From: Octopus sinensis
Lineage: Eukaryota
Length of the DNA: 64,000 nt
Reading direction: 5' to 3'
Assembly: GCF_006345805.1 (NCBI RefSeq)
Contig: NC_043003.1
Span: 49,104,001-49,168,000, forward strand
The notes under the pieces are model-generated. The model was not told the DNA's origin, ran no database searches, and saw only the letters and a program-made list of their open reading frames with translations. Positions 1-12,899 of this stretch are shown one piece after another. A program made the position numbers and the translations under genes. How positions within the stretch are numbered: position 1 is the stretch's first letter; each line of letters begins with the position of its first letter.

Positions 1-270
1 TGCGTTCTGAATTTAAATCCTGCCGTTTTCAAATTTGCGCAGCGAAAGCTTGAACGTGACACATCGCTGCGCTCGCATCGCCCCTTCTAAGAATAGTGCG
101 AGGTGCGTCGTTTCGAATCATCGCTCCCGAGTCGGGTCCGCACGTTCGAAACGAGCCGCTCCTCTCCTGATCGGAGACGGCCGCATATCATAGGTGTTGC
201 GACACGACGAATGCTAAACTTCGCCATTTTTCGTATCATGATGGACAAATTAAAGTAACAATCAAATACA
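1..270. promoter_or_regulatory. CpG-dense, GC-rich segment (possible promoter or first exon, runs off the window start)
   Basis: About 26 CpG counted by eye in ~190 bp (36-230), against a CpG-poor AT-rich background. Followed by a (CT)n tract. No recognisable protein in any frame. Confidence 0.35.
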
Positions 271-274
271 GGGT

Positions 275-318
<44 letters not shown>

Positions 319-330
319 CCTCTTTCTCTC
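275..330. repeat. (CT)n microsatellite
   Basis: Directly visible. Confidence 0.95.
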
Positions 331-699
331 CACGTGTCACATCTTGAACGTTCCACTGGGCTAATCTAATAATGAGAAGGTCAAGAAGATATCTGTATCA
401 GCACACGAGTGCATGAGCACCAAAAGAAAAATAAGGCATTTGTGAAAAGCATGATGTCTGATACCCTGTCCACCATGTTTGGACTACATAATTCAATGTC
501 TTTTGTTTTCTAACACAGAAGAATGTGATTTCAAGAAGATTTGGTCAGTTTCTAGAAGGTCGAATGATCAAGTAGTGATTCGTTCGTCGTCTCGCGAAAA
601 ATCGATATCATTTAATATACTGGAATGACAAATACAGTAGTGTTTTATTTCCTTGAAGTTTTAACTTTATTTAGATCTTTAACAGAATAAATATTTTGT

Positions 700-955
700 G
701 CGTAGTGAAGCGCACAGTTGTTACACTCATGATCGTAAAATTGTGGTTTCGATTCCTTGACGGTCAGTGCGTTGTGTTCTCGAGAAAAAAACAAAACAAG
801 ACAAAAAATCCTTCAATTTAGCTGTAAATGAGTTCCAGCAATAGCGGGGAAGCTGATCCTGCGACGACAGACTGGCGTTCCATTTAACGTGTGAGTGTTG
901 TAATCTCGGGTTCAACTCCGGCCTTATGAGTTCTGCGGCTCAAGACAGACCTAAG
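700..955 (+). mobile_element. Degenerate tRNA-headed SINE (family C-like head)
   Basis: CACTCATGATCGTAAAATTGTGGTTTCGATTCC...GCGTTGTGTTCTCGAG resembles the reverse complement of the SINE head at 13600-13684 (B-box-like GGTTTCGATTCC). Confidence 0.45.
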
Positions 956-2050
956 TAAGTATGTAGTGCAATCTTTCTGTGTTTGCTTGACGTAATCTGC
1001 ATTTACTCAACAGTTCTATCCCCTAAGGAAATTCAATTGTTCTCTGGATTTTATTTTTAGTTTTAACTCATCTTAATAATGAATTTTTAATTTGTTGAAA
1101 AATTGAGGAAAAGAATTGAACGAAATTGTGTTTTTGTGTATATTCAACGTGAATAATACGAATGCTAAAAAAAAAGTAATCACAATGTAATCTCCTTTAT
1201 ATAGCAAGCATAATACCTTTTGTGTCAAAAGAATTACTACCGAACAATGAACATAGAATGATAGAAATGGACAAACTAAAATTATTGTATATATTCACTG
1301 GTGCACTCATGCTTAGTTCAGTCCAATTCTTTAGATGATATTTTTCTTATAAAATTTAATCTTTTTCTTGAGTTTCGTTAAGTCTGGACTGTTTAACCTG
1401 TGCACTGTACTGTCTGTTTCTTATTCTATTTCTGTAAGGAAATGTCGATCAAAAGAAATATCTTTATTTTCATTTATACATTTACTGTATCGTATTTGTT
1501 ATTTGCTGTATCGTGTTTGTTATTTTTACCTAATAATTTGAAGTTTATTTAAGTTGCCGTAAAGTATTATGAACAATTTTTTTGAAATTCGTCAGTTCAT
1601 AGTGAGAAAGAAGAATAATGCCGAAAATGACCTTTACAGACTCTGCCATACCGAACTTTAATAGATCAGTATCTGCAGGAGAAGGAGGGGAAAAATGATA
1701 ACACGGGTGAGGAGAGAATTTGCAGCTTTGTGGAGAAAAGTTTGCACAAAGAATTTGATTCAGGATATGAAGCGGTGAGTATACTCGCCACCTCATATCT
1801 TGTGTTTCCATGCAAGAAGGAAGTCAATGGGTAAATGCAAATGCATTAAATGTGATTCAGTGTCGAGAGGATGTAGTTTGCTTATTCAGAGAAGAGGTAG
1901 TTTTAGTGTCACTAAATACGGTAGAAAAATGTTTAACCCGCCCGTTCGCAGTTTTAGAGTGATCTAAATTAAACCCTCTCATCAACATTCCATGCTAATG
2001 GAATGTTCTAAACACCAGCTTAATAACAACAAAGTTATTTTCCTAAATTA

Positions 2051-2465
2051 CTCTTTACTCTCTTTTACTCTTTTACTTGTTTCAGTCATTTGACTGCGGC
2101 CATGCTGGAGCACCGCCTTTAATCGAGCAACTCGACCCCGGGACTTATTCTTTTGTAAGCCCAGTACTTATTCTATCGGTCTCTTTTGCCGGACCGCTAA
2201 GTTACGGGGACATAACACACCAGCATCGGTTGTCAAGCAATGCTAGGGGGACAAACATAGACACACAAACACACACACGCATATGTATATATACATATAT
2301 ACGACGAGCTTCTTTCAGCTTCCGTCTACCAAATCCACTCACAAGGCTTTGGTCGGCCCGAGGCTATAGTAGAAGACACTTGCCCAAGGTGCCACGCAGT
2401 GGGACTGAACCCGGAACCATGTGGTTGGTAAACAAGCTACTTATCACACAGCCATTCCTGCGCCT
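2051..2465 (-). mobile_element. SINE family A (tRNA head + CORE-like block + internal microsatellite), full length
   Basis: On the minus strand: AGGCGCAGGAATGGCTGTG head, B-box GGTTCAGTCCC, CCTTGGGCAAGTGTCTT CORE-like motif, internal (TA)/(TG) tract and (GTAAAAGA)n tail. Near-identical copies at 5.3, 22.5, 23.2, 40.2, 44.2 and 55.0 kb. Confidence 0.88.
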
Positions 2466-2689
2466 AATAAATTCTTTATTATTTTAAAATTTAGCTGAAA
2501 TAAAGATAGTGGGCTTTACTCCCTCCAACGCCACCGTGAGCGCTATATCCTCTGTATGATGTGGAAAATATTCCATTAACATTGCCCAAATGATATAGGT
2601 ATCAACTTTAAAATTCATCCGAGGCTTGGCCCTCGTGCCATTCGTCCACTACATTCGTGCCATTCGTGCCATTCGTGCCATTCGTCCAC

Positions 2690-2990
2690 TGTTCGTGTCG
2701 TACCACAACAGTACGACGGAACTATTTCAACCCAACTGGCCCTGCTCTCTTCAGCATCGTGTCAGCCCACATAAAGGAGGAAAGGGATTTTACGGCATTC
2801 AAACGGTCCCTAGATTATTACCTCCAGCAAATACCAGATAAACCACCCACACCCGGTTATGACTCTGTAAACAATAACTCTCTGCTCGAATGGGCTATGG
2901 TGCCCAAGGGCTGACAGTGCATCTCTTCCAGGTGGTGCTATTAAATTAGACATGGCCTGGGCCAACTTATCTAAGACTCTAAGACTCTAT
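2690..2990 (+). mobile_element. CR1/L2-like LINE ORF2 C-terminal fragment with 3' tail
   Basis: Translates to RRNYFNPTGPALFSIVSAHIKEERDFTAFKRSLDYYLQQIPDKPPTPGY..NNSLLEW, matching the GPxLF..FKxxLDxxLxxIPDxP pattern at the end of CR1/L2-group ORF2. Ends in a short TAAGACTC repeat. Confidence 0.6.
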
Positions 2991-3234
2991 TCCAACAGAA
3001 ATATATAGTAACAAAAGGATTAAAATACAGTAGGTCTACGATGCTCCTACATGTATAGAAAAGTACTTTTGAACAGAAGTATCTTTAATTCAATCAAAAA
3101 TTATACACACATGATACAAGAATAGTTCTTTGAATAAAATTGTATGTAATTCGAGAGAAAAAAATACACACTTCTTTAAATTATGCAGCAGGTAAAGAAA
3201 ACATGAAATACAAAAAAATAAACGGTACTACTGG

Positions 3235-4135
3235 TTCTGCTCAATTTTAAACTTTTATATAGGTTTGATTGCTTTGCCTTTCTCTTACAAACCTCTAATT
3301 TTTCTCTATAACAATTCAACGTTACTATTTTAGATCTTTTAAATATCATGCTTCGTTCAAAATTTAGATAGTCTTCTGAAAGTCTTTCTAAAGCACGAGT
3401 TGTTTCACAAGAGAATTTAGATAATATCTTTGTTAATGATAAAATCGGTTGCAGTAATGGGTAGGGGATATTTTCTTCGTTATCTAAACTAGACACTTGC
3501 AGTCCTGTTAACTCCTTAAAGTCTTCATAATTAAAAGTCTTTTTATCAGTATGCAATAAATTTTGAATATCACTTGCATCAAGTTCTTCAAATCCTAATT
3601 CCTGTGCCATTTCTACAGTGCTATTATTGATTGAGATTAATTCTCCCCTATCCTATGCCCTTCCTTAACGACATTAAGACATAATTTATTCCAAACACCA
3701 ATGTAGCATGTATGTTTAACTTCTTCCCAGGCGTTTTCAATGTTTTTTTATTGCTTGCGCAATGCAATTTATCCGGCATTTTTTGACTGACTGATATTTA
3801 TCATCAGTCACTATACTCACCTGACTAAAAAGATCTTAGATAACATGCCTTGCAAATAGAAATAACTTGTCCCTGATCCATAGGCTGTAGTTGTAAAGTT
3901 GTGCTTGGTGAAATGAAAACAATTTCATCAGGTACGCACGTTTGGAGTGAATCGAGAATTGAAGGATGGCCAGGAGCGCCATCCAAAAGTAGAATCATTT
4001 GACTTTGGGAATATTCTTCTCACAGTAACGTTTGACAGCAGGGCTGAAATGTTTAACGAACCGTTCAGTAAATTTTCTGCTAGATTCCTATAGATTTCCA
4101 TTCTCATCGTAGAAAACGACACATGTTCTGACAGT
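3235..4135 (-). mobile_element. Tigger/pogo DDE transposase fossil
   Basis: Minus-strand motifs in the expected order: FTERFVKHFSPAVKRYCEK, MILLLDGAPGHP, VFISPSTTLQLQPMDQG, NIENAWEEVK..GVWNKLC, AQELGFEELDASDIQNLL, NFERS..FKR....NCYRE. Disrupted by stops and frameshifts. Confidence 0.88.
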
Positions 4136-4138
4136 CTT

Positions 4139-4266
4139 TGTATGTATGTATGTATGTATGTATGTATGTATGTATGTATGTATGTATGTATGTATGTATG
4201 TATGTATGCATGCATGTATGTATGTATGTCTGTATGTATGCATGTATGTATGTATGTATGTATGTA
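4139..4266. repeat. (TATG)n microsatellite
   Basis: Directly visible. Confidence 0.95.
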
Positions 4267-4624
4267 GTTTTCGGATAAATTTGTTCGATTCTTTCCTGTG
4301 TTATTTAAATTAACACAAATAATATTTTTATCAGTTTTAAGTAATTTTTTGCAGTCCCATTTTTCTTCTACAATTTTTGTTTATGGTTATAGAAATTTAA
4401 ATAAATTTTATCATTTTTCAGACAGATAACGATGGACTGGATAATAGTAAAAAAAAGAAAAAAAAACCCAGCAAAAACAACAAACAAACAAAAACTCCGA
4501 GCATTTTTGATAGTGTCTTCTCTTCGCTTTTGACCAAGGCTCCAAAGCTGTCAAAGTAGCTCGAGATATATATGTACGGTGTAAGGAGAAAGAGCTATTA
4601 CTGAAAAAAGTGCACAGAAATAGT

Positions 4625-4990
4625 TTTCACTTTTCAATGAAGGGAAATTCGACCTCACAAACCAGCCAGTTTAGTTGAATGAAGATTGATTGAACGAGCA
4701 CAACCACGAGGATCCGCGCCTACCCACATGGCAAATGGGATAGTTTCATGAAAGCGTCTTCCGTCACCTTTATTCGATGGATAAGATCCAAAAACTCGGT
4801 GCATGAAGGCTAAAAATTCTGAAACAAACTCCAGCGCGCTTCTCTCGCCATCAGTTTGCTCACCCACCTATGCTACTCGGGGAGAGAAGCAGCAGAGATT
4901 TCTTTATCACACCATCACTGACAATGAAAAATGGTGTCTTTACGTCAATATGAAGCAAAGAAAGAAGGGATGTCTCTCGACAAACAAGCA
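4625..4990 (+). mobile_element. mariner transposase fragment (around first catalytic Asp)
   Basis: FLYHTITDNEKWCLYVNMKQRK matches the mariner FLxRIVTGDEKWxxYxN motif. Confidence 0.75.
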
Positions 4991-4999
4991 GCATGTGCT

Positions 5000-5830
5000 G
5001 CATTTGCTGAAACTCATCCATCAATCCATTTTCGTCGCCTACTATTCCTGGATCCAGTGGGTAGAGTCTTCAGGTACCTCCAGCATAGGGCCATATCCGA
5101 AGCGATCATCGTAACACTTTCTTATAGGATTCCAAAGCATCACAAACTGAAACTATAGATATTATCCACGCATCTCAATCTTGGTCTACCCCGAGGTCTT
5201 CTGCTGGTTGGCTCAGCCCGAAGAATCTGTCTTGTGATTCTTTCCTGTGATACTCTCTCTTTTTTTACATCTTTCAGTCATTTGACTGTGGCCATGCTGG
5301 AGCACCACCTTTAGTCAAGCAAATCGATCCCAGGACTTATTCTTTGTAAGCCTAGTACTTATTCTATCGGTCTCTTTTGCCGAACCGCCAAGTTACGGGG
5401 ACGCAAACACACCAGCATCGGTTGTCAAGCGATGTTGGGGGAACACACACACACACACACACACACACACCACGCATATATACATATACACGGCGGGCTT
5501 CTTTCAGTTTCCGTCTACCAGATCCACTCACAAGGCTTTGCTCGGCCCAAGGCTATAGCAGTAGACACTCGACCAAGGTGCCACGCAGTGGGACTGAACC
5601 CGGAACCATGTGGTTCGTAAGCAAGCTACTTACCACACAGCCACTCCTTTGTATATCCGTAATATCAAAACTATGACGTCTCAATGCGGAGAAGTAGCAA
5701 CTCGATCTGGAGAGACTTCCTGATTTCCGAGCTACGCAGCCTGTCACATAACATTACTCCAGAGACCCTTCAGTAGAAGCTCATTTAGTCGCATGTATAC
5801 GCCATTGTACTCTTTCTGTTATTAAGCTGG
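5000..5830 (-). mobile_element. RTE-clade LINE 3' fragment, interrupted by SINE A at 5253-5648
   Basis: Minus strand reads DRLRSSEIRKSLQIELLLLRIETS*F*YYGY, then across the SINE SQERITRQILRAEPTSRRPRGRPRLRCVDNI, ending in GAAAATGGATTGATGGATG. This is a typical RTE ORF2 C-terminus. Confidence 0.75.
5253..5648 (-). mobile_element. SINE family A
   Basis: Same sequence as 2051-2465, lacking a few head bases. Confidence 0.88.
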
Positions 5831-5989
5831 GGGATGCAGAAAAAGAGAACCGAGTCATAGTCAAGCAGGAGCTATATGATCATTGGTACGTTATAGAAAA
5901 CTTTGATGGGGAAACATGACTGTACACCTACAATGTCGATACAAAAAAAAAAACAAAAACAAAAAAACAGTCGTCGCATTGCTGCCTCG

Positions 5990-6290
5990 CCCTCACTCCG
6001 AAATTTGTATCATTGGTCCGACAACATTGATATAGAGTTTTATTTCTTTGAAAAAGGCAGTACGAAGGAAGAGGTATCAGGTATGAATAAAACCTGGTTT
6101 CTGCAACTCTACAACGCGACTCTTCATGCATTTCTCATGCATGAAGTTTTTCACAAAACGAGAATCGATTTGCGTCCCTTGGTGCCTTACTGTCCTGGTT
6201 TGGTCACTGTAGACTTTTTTTATTCCTAAAGCTGAAATCAAACCTGAAAGGTCACCGATTTCAGACTATAGAAGAAATCGTTTCTAGGTC
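5990..6290 (+). mobile_element. mariner transposase C-terminal fragment
   Basis: LKKAVRRKR, WFLQLYNATLH (HHDNA-like), PYCPGLVTVDFF(L)FLKLKSNLKGHRFQTIEEI (YSPDLAPxDFFLFPKLK-like). Confidence 0.75.
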
Positions 6291-6719
6291 TGGGTCGCTA
6301 TTTATGAACTTCGTTAGATATTGTAGGCCACAGACAATCCTCTCTGCACGCTATGTAGCTAATGGAATCAAAATTAAATTATTTTCTGGTGACTGTGGGC
6401 GTGTGATACCGGTAACAGAGCACAACGGCGACCCAAACTCTGTTTCAAAAGATGTCAGCTACAGAGACATGGAGTTACTGAACATGAAGTTCGAAAAGCG
6501 GGAGGATATTGCAAGAAGTGTACACGTATTAAAATATGATGCATATACGAATGTATGTGTTCATACGCAAGGTGATCGATTGACAAAGTCGAGATACCAT
6601 CGGATAGAATGCATTGCGATATTTGTGTCAATGAGTTCAAATACCATTAAAGCTAGCCTTACCTTTCTTCCTATCAGGGCGGATTAATAAAGCAGCACTC
6701 TAGTGTTGGTGTAGTCTTT

Positions 6720-6762
<43 letters not shown>

Positions 6763-6959
6763 CTTTCTCCCACTCTCTCTCTCCCTCTCTTTCTCCATAT
6801 GTTAAATTCTAAATGTTCTACAAGTCCAAAGATGGGATAGCTGAGATGTCTCTGCTCACGTCTACATACGCACAACACCCAATTAGCGACAACATGGTAT
6901 ACGCTGCCAAGTTATACTCGATTATCAGACACAGCTGAATTTGTGCACACACATAAACA

Positions 6960-7000
<41 letters not shown>

Positions 7001-7234
7001 GCGCGCGCGCGTACACGTAAACACACACACACATGTGTTTTCTGACTGTTTGGTTCAGCATAATTTTGAATGTATGTATGCCGCTAAATAAAAGAACCAC
7101 AGTTACAATCACACAGGGAAATCGTATAGACAACAACTCCTCCACACTTCCAATTTAACAGCAATCATTCAAAAAGCAAGCAACGATCATTTTCAATAGA
7201 TTTTACATACATATTTAAGCATACATATGCATAT

Positions 7235-7271
<37 letters not shown>

Positions 7272-7609
7272 ACACACACACACATATGTATGTACTGGCG
7301 TATGTATTTATATGTGTATGTGGGTATACATCTACCATTACTGTGTGATATACATAATGAAACAGCAAACATTATCTCCACTATACGAAAGACTTTAAAC
7401 ATTGTGGTTAGGCTTGCTTCACTTGGAGATAATTGGCTTTTCAAAAACTAGATTGCTTATTAAATTGGTTTGTGGCCTGACAATGAATATCTAAACAGTC
7501 TTCCCCACTCCGTTGTGAACACACTTGTGCGTGTCGCCTTCCACTTCGCAAAATATAACCAGGGTTTCCCAACAAAGCATTTCAATTCGTCTGGCTCCCA
7601 TTCCTTGAA

Positions 7610-8108
7610 ATGTATGTATCTATGTATCTATGTATGTGTGTATGTATGTATGTATGTATGTATGTATGAGTTATGCCCTATATATGTTGTACTATTTGTA
7701 TGTAGATGTATGTATATATAGTATATATAAGTATGATATATATATTCATTCATATATATGTATGTATGCATTTATATATATATTATATAGTATATATAAA
7801 CATACACATATGTCATAAACTATATATATTAATATTATATATAATATATATATATATAATAATATATATATATAATAATAATATATATAATATAAACACA
7901 CATATACATACATGCACACACACACACGTATATATGTGTGTGTAAATATATGTATGTTGGCTGGTCTATGTATTATCTAAGTGTGTGTGCGTGTGTGTGT
8001 GTCAGAGAGATTGTATATAGGTATGTGTAAGAATGTAAACCAGAGTAACAAACACGGACATGATTGTGGTTGTGTCCACGTGTTGGTGCGTGTGTGTGTG
8101 TAAAAGGG

Positions 8109-8159
<51 letters not shown>

Positions 8160-9035
8160 TATAATATATTTCTATACATTTATGTCAATGTATGAATATA
8201 TGTATATTTGTGTGACTATGCGATCCCCCTCCCGTCATAGTTACATTGTTCTATTTTTCTTTCTTTCTAAGTATATTCGTATTATTTATACATTTCATAA
8301 AATTATACACATACAGTCACTCTCACACATATACACGCATGCGTCATAATTAATATATGTATATATATATATATATGTATGTGTTCATATATATATATAT
8401 TTGCATATATATTATATATTTTATGTATATATATATATATATATTCGTATATATATATTATAAATATTATGTATATATATATATATATACAGTATGTGTA
8501 GACATACATATATGTGTGCGCCTGTATGTGCATGTTTATGTATTTACACATAGGCGTTTATAGGTTAGGATACATATGAGTATACGTACATATACACACA
8601 TGCATACACATATACATACACGCACATATATATTAATTATAATGCATATATATTTATGTGTGAGTGAATATGATTGTATTAAATGCATAAAAAAATTAGA
8701 ATATTCTTAGAAAAAAGAGAAGTGGAACAATTTAATAACGGTGTGTGTGTGTGTGTGTGTCTCTCTCTCTCTCTCACACACACACACTCACACACAAATA
8801 GACCAACATACGCACATACAAATATACATGAACATATAAGGAATATGTATTTACACTTTTACAGAGACACACATCACGTGTGTGTATGCGGTTTAACACA
8901 GACACACATACATGTATACATATATACATATATACACACATTTATACATTCATATATATATATAATATGTATATGCATACATTTGCTCAGACACTCTTAT
9001 ATTCACCCATAGTCATATATATATATACATGTATA

Positions 9036-9098
<63 letters not shown>

Positions 9099-9340
9099 CT
9101 ATGTATGTATGTATTTACTATCATTTAGGCTTTGAAGAATATACATATCTTAAATATATACAGTTACACACATACATTTATGATTTTACTTCCACAAAAA
9201 AAATCACATGTACTTATACGTCTATCCCACGTATACACACACACAGTTAGGTATATATATATATACTATTATACACACACACACACACACCATACGTACG
9301 TACATACATACATACATACATACATACATTCATACATACA

Positions 9341-9372
<32 letters not shown>

Positions 9373-9375
9373 CAT
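7610..9375. repeat. Compound (TA)/(CA)/(TATG) microsatellite block
   Basis: Directly visible. Source of the many Y/I/H/T/V/C pseudo-ORFs. Confidence 0.9.
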
Positions 9376-10799
9376 ATGTGTTTGTGGTGCATGTCTGTAG
9401 ATGTGTGTTTGTATCTAAACAGAAAAGAACAGTTGAGTGTATGAAATAAAGAGGACTAACATTAAAAGTTTTACCAGGAAATCATCGATATATCAAGATT
9501 TATCGTTTTCCCCTCCGCTTGCAACAATAATTTTAATAACTTTTTACTCGCCAAAATGATCAAATAAAACAACAGCAACAGCAACAACATTCGCAACAGT
9601 AGCAACAACAGCATTTGTAGCAACAACAGCTGAAGTAGCAGTAACATCAATGGCGGCTATGTTTTGGTATGAATTTTTTTTTGTACGGTTGGAGGTGATT
9701 TGAAGGACATCTCTTTTCGGTGATGTTGTTCTATAGTCTCAAATCAGCCCTAGTCGAACACATCTATGATTGCAGGCTTTCTATCGCTATCATATTGTTA
9801 GTTAAAGAAAATTCATATTTGTGCAGGGAACCCAGAGTCATATAGCACAAGAAGTTTTTAATATAGTGGGATGCAATTTAAAGGAAATTTTGTCAACATG
9901 CTTCTATCAGCTTGGTGGGTCAAGTGCAAGTTCCTTCATTGGCTTGTAGGATATTTATTAACTTCATTGCAATTAAGTTGAACAACTCCGTAGAGGCTCC
10001 TATGTTTCGTTGAATGTCACAGGATGGAAACAAATTGACGTGATTTTACTTTGTCCAACTTGTTCGACTCTATTGTAGGCCAACCGTAGGAGGTTTATAG
10101 TCAGTACAAGACAAGACTAGATGCAAATATAAACTGTCTTTCTTGCTGAACCTCATAAAATAAACCATATACAGTCGATCCTGTGTGATCGTTCGGCGTT
10201 CTAGAGATAGCTGCCAAATATTCCTAAAATAATTAAACCTTCTCATATTAAAATAGATGGATACGTAGGATAATGTAGTTCTAAATACACTATGTCTGAA
10301 AATAAGATGGAATGGTCAAAGCCACAACAACAACAGCTATAGCGACAGCAAAAAAAAAACACGTTTTGCTGGAGAGTGTAGTGTGAACCCTACCTAGTTT
10401 GAGATATGAATCCAGTGGATTACACCTAAGCGTACTTGAAGTTCAATGGTTCGAAGATCGATGGTCATACCAGGAATGTATTTGATTATTAAGTCACCTC
10501 ATTTACAACTGATATTGAGCTGAACAACAACAAAAAACATCAACACCTACGTTAGCAGCCACTATAGTAACAGTAGCGAGAGACATGATGTGAGAATGCT
10601 CTTAAATTCACTGTCTGATTGGAACTTATCAAATGTTTTATATACATACATACATGCATACATACATAGATACATAATACATGCATACATACATACATAT
10701 ATACATACATACATACATACATACATACATACATACATACATACATACATACATACATGCATACATTGTTTGGCATCCTTTTGTCTCGGGAGACAATGA

Positions 10800-11195
10800 A
10801 GTTGCGCATAAACTAATCCAGTCTAATTTTTACATTTCATGTCCTCTCCAGTTTCCTCTCCAGTATTGCGCAGGCCTGGGCTAGATGTAAGAAAATCCTG
10901 GGTAGCCCAATCGTCAGGATTCCTCGTTCGACCTTGCTTATGTAGTCCAAAGGAGTGCAGAGCATTACGTTTGGCACCAGCTTGGTTGCAGGAGCTGCCG
11001 GAAGAGTGTCGAGTCTAACACTAAACCGCCTACGAGGCTCCACTCCGGATTTCTTTGAAGGTTGTCTCCTTTCTGTAACCTTGGATAGGGGCCCATACTG
11101 GTAACTGTCAGCCGGAGCCAGCTGAGCCCGGGACTCGTATCAGACAGAGTCGTCACTCCCTGAAGTGGGGAAGAAAATCGCTACCCACTACCTAC
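10800..11195 (-). mobile_element. Probable RTE-type LINE 5' UTR region
   Basis: GC-rich, non-coding segment. CTCAGCTGGCTCCG, AAGCTGGTGCCAAACG, CCTTTGGAC and CCCAGGCCTGCGC resemble RTE 5' regions as I recall them; not verified by search. Confidence 0.4.
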
Positions 11196-11213
11196 CTTTC
11201 TACATACATACAT

Positions 11214-11586
11214 GATGGCACTCCGTCGGTTACGACGACGAGTGTTCCAGTTGATTTGATCAACGGAACAGCCTGCTCGTGAAATTAACGTGCAGGTGGC
11301 TGAGCACTCTACAGACACGTGTACCCTTAACGTAGTTCTCGGGGAGATTCAACGTGACACAGAGTGTGACAAGGGTGGCTCTTTGAAATACAGGTACAAT
11401 AGAAACAGGAAAAAAAGAGTGAGAGAAAGTTGCGGTGAAAGAGTAGAGCAGGGTTCACCACCACCCCCTGCCGGAGCCTCGTGGTGTTTTCGCTCAATAA
11501 ACACTCACAACGCCCGGTCTGGAAATCGAGACCACGATACTAAGACCGCGAGTCCCCTGCCCTTACCACTGGGCCATTGCGCCTCC
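11214..11586 (-). mobile_element. SINE family C, head variant 1
   Basis: Minus-strand tRNA-like head GGAGGCGCAATGGCCCAGTGGTAAGGGC...GGTCTCGATTTCC. Its 3' ~190 bp is shared with 13361-13545. Confidence 0.8.
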
Positions 11587-11647
11587 ACACATACATACAT
11601 ACATACATACGTACATACATACATGCATGCATACATACATACATACA

Positions 11648-11678
<31 letters not shown>

Positions 11679-12039
11679 GTATGTTGTTTAGTGCATGACT
11701 CAATAGCTTTTATTTACAACTGTACGTTGCTGCATATTGCATTATAGTACATTTCTACATTATCACAAGGAAGTACAATATAACTCATTTTATGCTTACA
11801 CGCATGGGCACGCGCGAGTGTACAAATATAGCGAATCAAATTGCTTCACATACATCATCATATTCATGTAGCCACAGAGGTATACACACGCACGCGCGCA
11901 TGCACGCACACACACACATACACCCACACAGATATATTGCAAAAGTACTTTTCGAAACACTACATAGAAACCATCGTAATGCTTGCATATTTCATGAATC
12001 TCTGTTTATTAGAAATTATTTACGACAGCAACAATAACA

Positions 12040-12430
12040 AGAATAAGAACAAGGACACGACGACGATGACGACGACGACCCTTCCACCTCCACCATTACC
12101 ACCACTATTTCCACCACCAACACCACTACCAACCACCACCACCACCACCACAACCACCACCATGACAACGACAACGACAACCGCAACCACCACCACCACC
12201 ACCATCATTACCATTACCATTATCACCATTACCGCCACCGCCACCACAATTACCACCCCCACCACGACAACGGCAACCACCACCACTACCACAACGACGA
12301 CGACGACGACAACCACCACCACCCACCACCACCACCACCACCAGCAACAACAGCAACAGCATCAACAGCAACAACAAAAACAACAATACTGCGGCAATAT
12401 TAACAACGACAACAGCATAGAAAATCAACT
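12040..12430. repeat. Mixed (ACC/ACG/CAA/CAG)n trinucleotide low-complexity tract
   Basis: Directly visible. Confidence 0.9.
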
Positions 12431-12899
12431 TCCACAGTAACAGTTAGCAAGAAAATAATAACATTATTCTCGTGTTGTTCCCCTAGCGGACAGTTATTAC
12501 AAGAGAGATAATCATATCCTATTAACACTTAGTGGGATTTAAATCTTGAATTTGAAATTAAGGAATCATACAGATAGCACTTTCTTAATAACAGTGTAGC
12601 CAAGAGCGGTTTTGTATGGCGTACTGAAGGAAGGTATAGTCTAGTGTTGTGTAATCAATTAATATTGTATTTTCCCTCAACGGGTCTATATTTCTAGGTT
12701 TCCTTTTCGAATGCTCCTTGCATTAGATATGATAACACTAAATATAGAAATATTAAAGTATTACAAATAAGAAATATCTTTGAGCCATGGATTACCGTAG
12801 ATTTAAAACTTGATAATACTAATTTCTAAAAGAGGCATATAAAATCAAAACCCGAGGATAGTTAGAGCCGGTTATGTCAGACCCTGTACATGACGGAGT

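Noticed and set aside
87-356. 89-aa minus-strand ORF with a good Kozak context at MAKF
   Set aside because: The N-terminus is a GA repeat and the remainder has no recognisable motif. Kept only as a CpG-rich regulatory candidate.
4625-6290. Idea that the two mariner fragments are one element split by the RTE and SINE
   Set aside because: The motif styles suggest different mariner subfamilies, and the intervening transposase segment is missing.
6304-6687. 127-aa ORF of complex sequence
   Set aside because: No recognisable domain, and no convincing splice sites or partner exons.
6800-9450. Dozens of 60-110 aa ORFs rich in Y/I/H/T/C/V (also at 21-24, 35-36, 49, 53 and 59-62 kb)
   Set aside because: They are translations of (TA)n, (CA)n, (TATG)n and (TATC)n, which lack stop codons in some frames.
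11841-12440. 199-aa ORF with poly-T/H/Q tracts (mucin- or transcription-factor-like)
   Set aside because: Entirely trinucleotide low-complexity sequence, open on both strands, with no domain or splice context.
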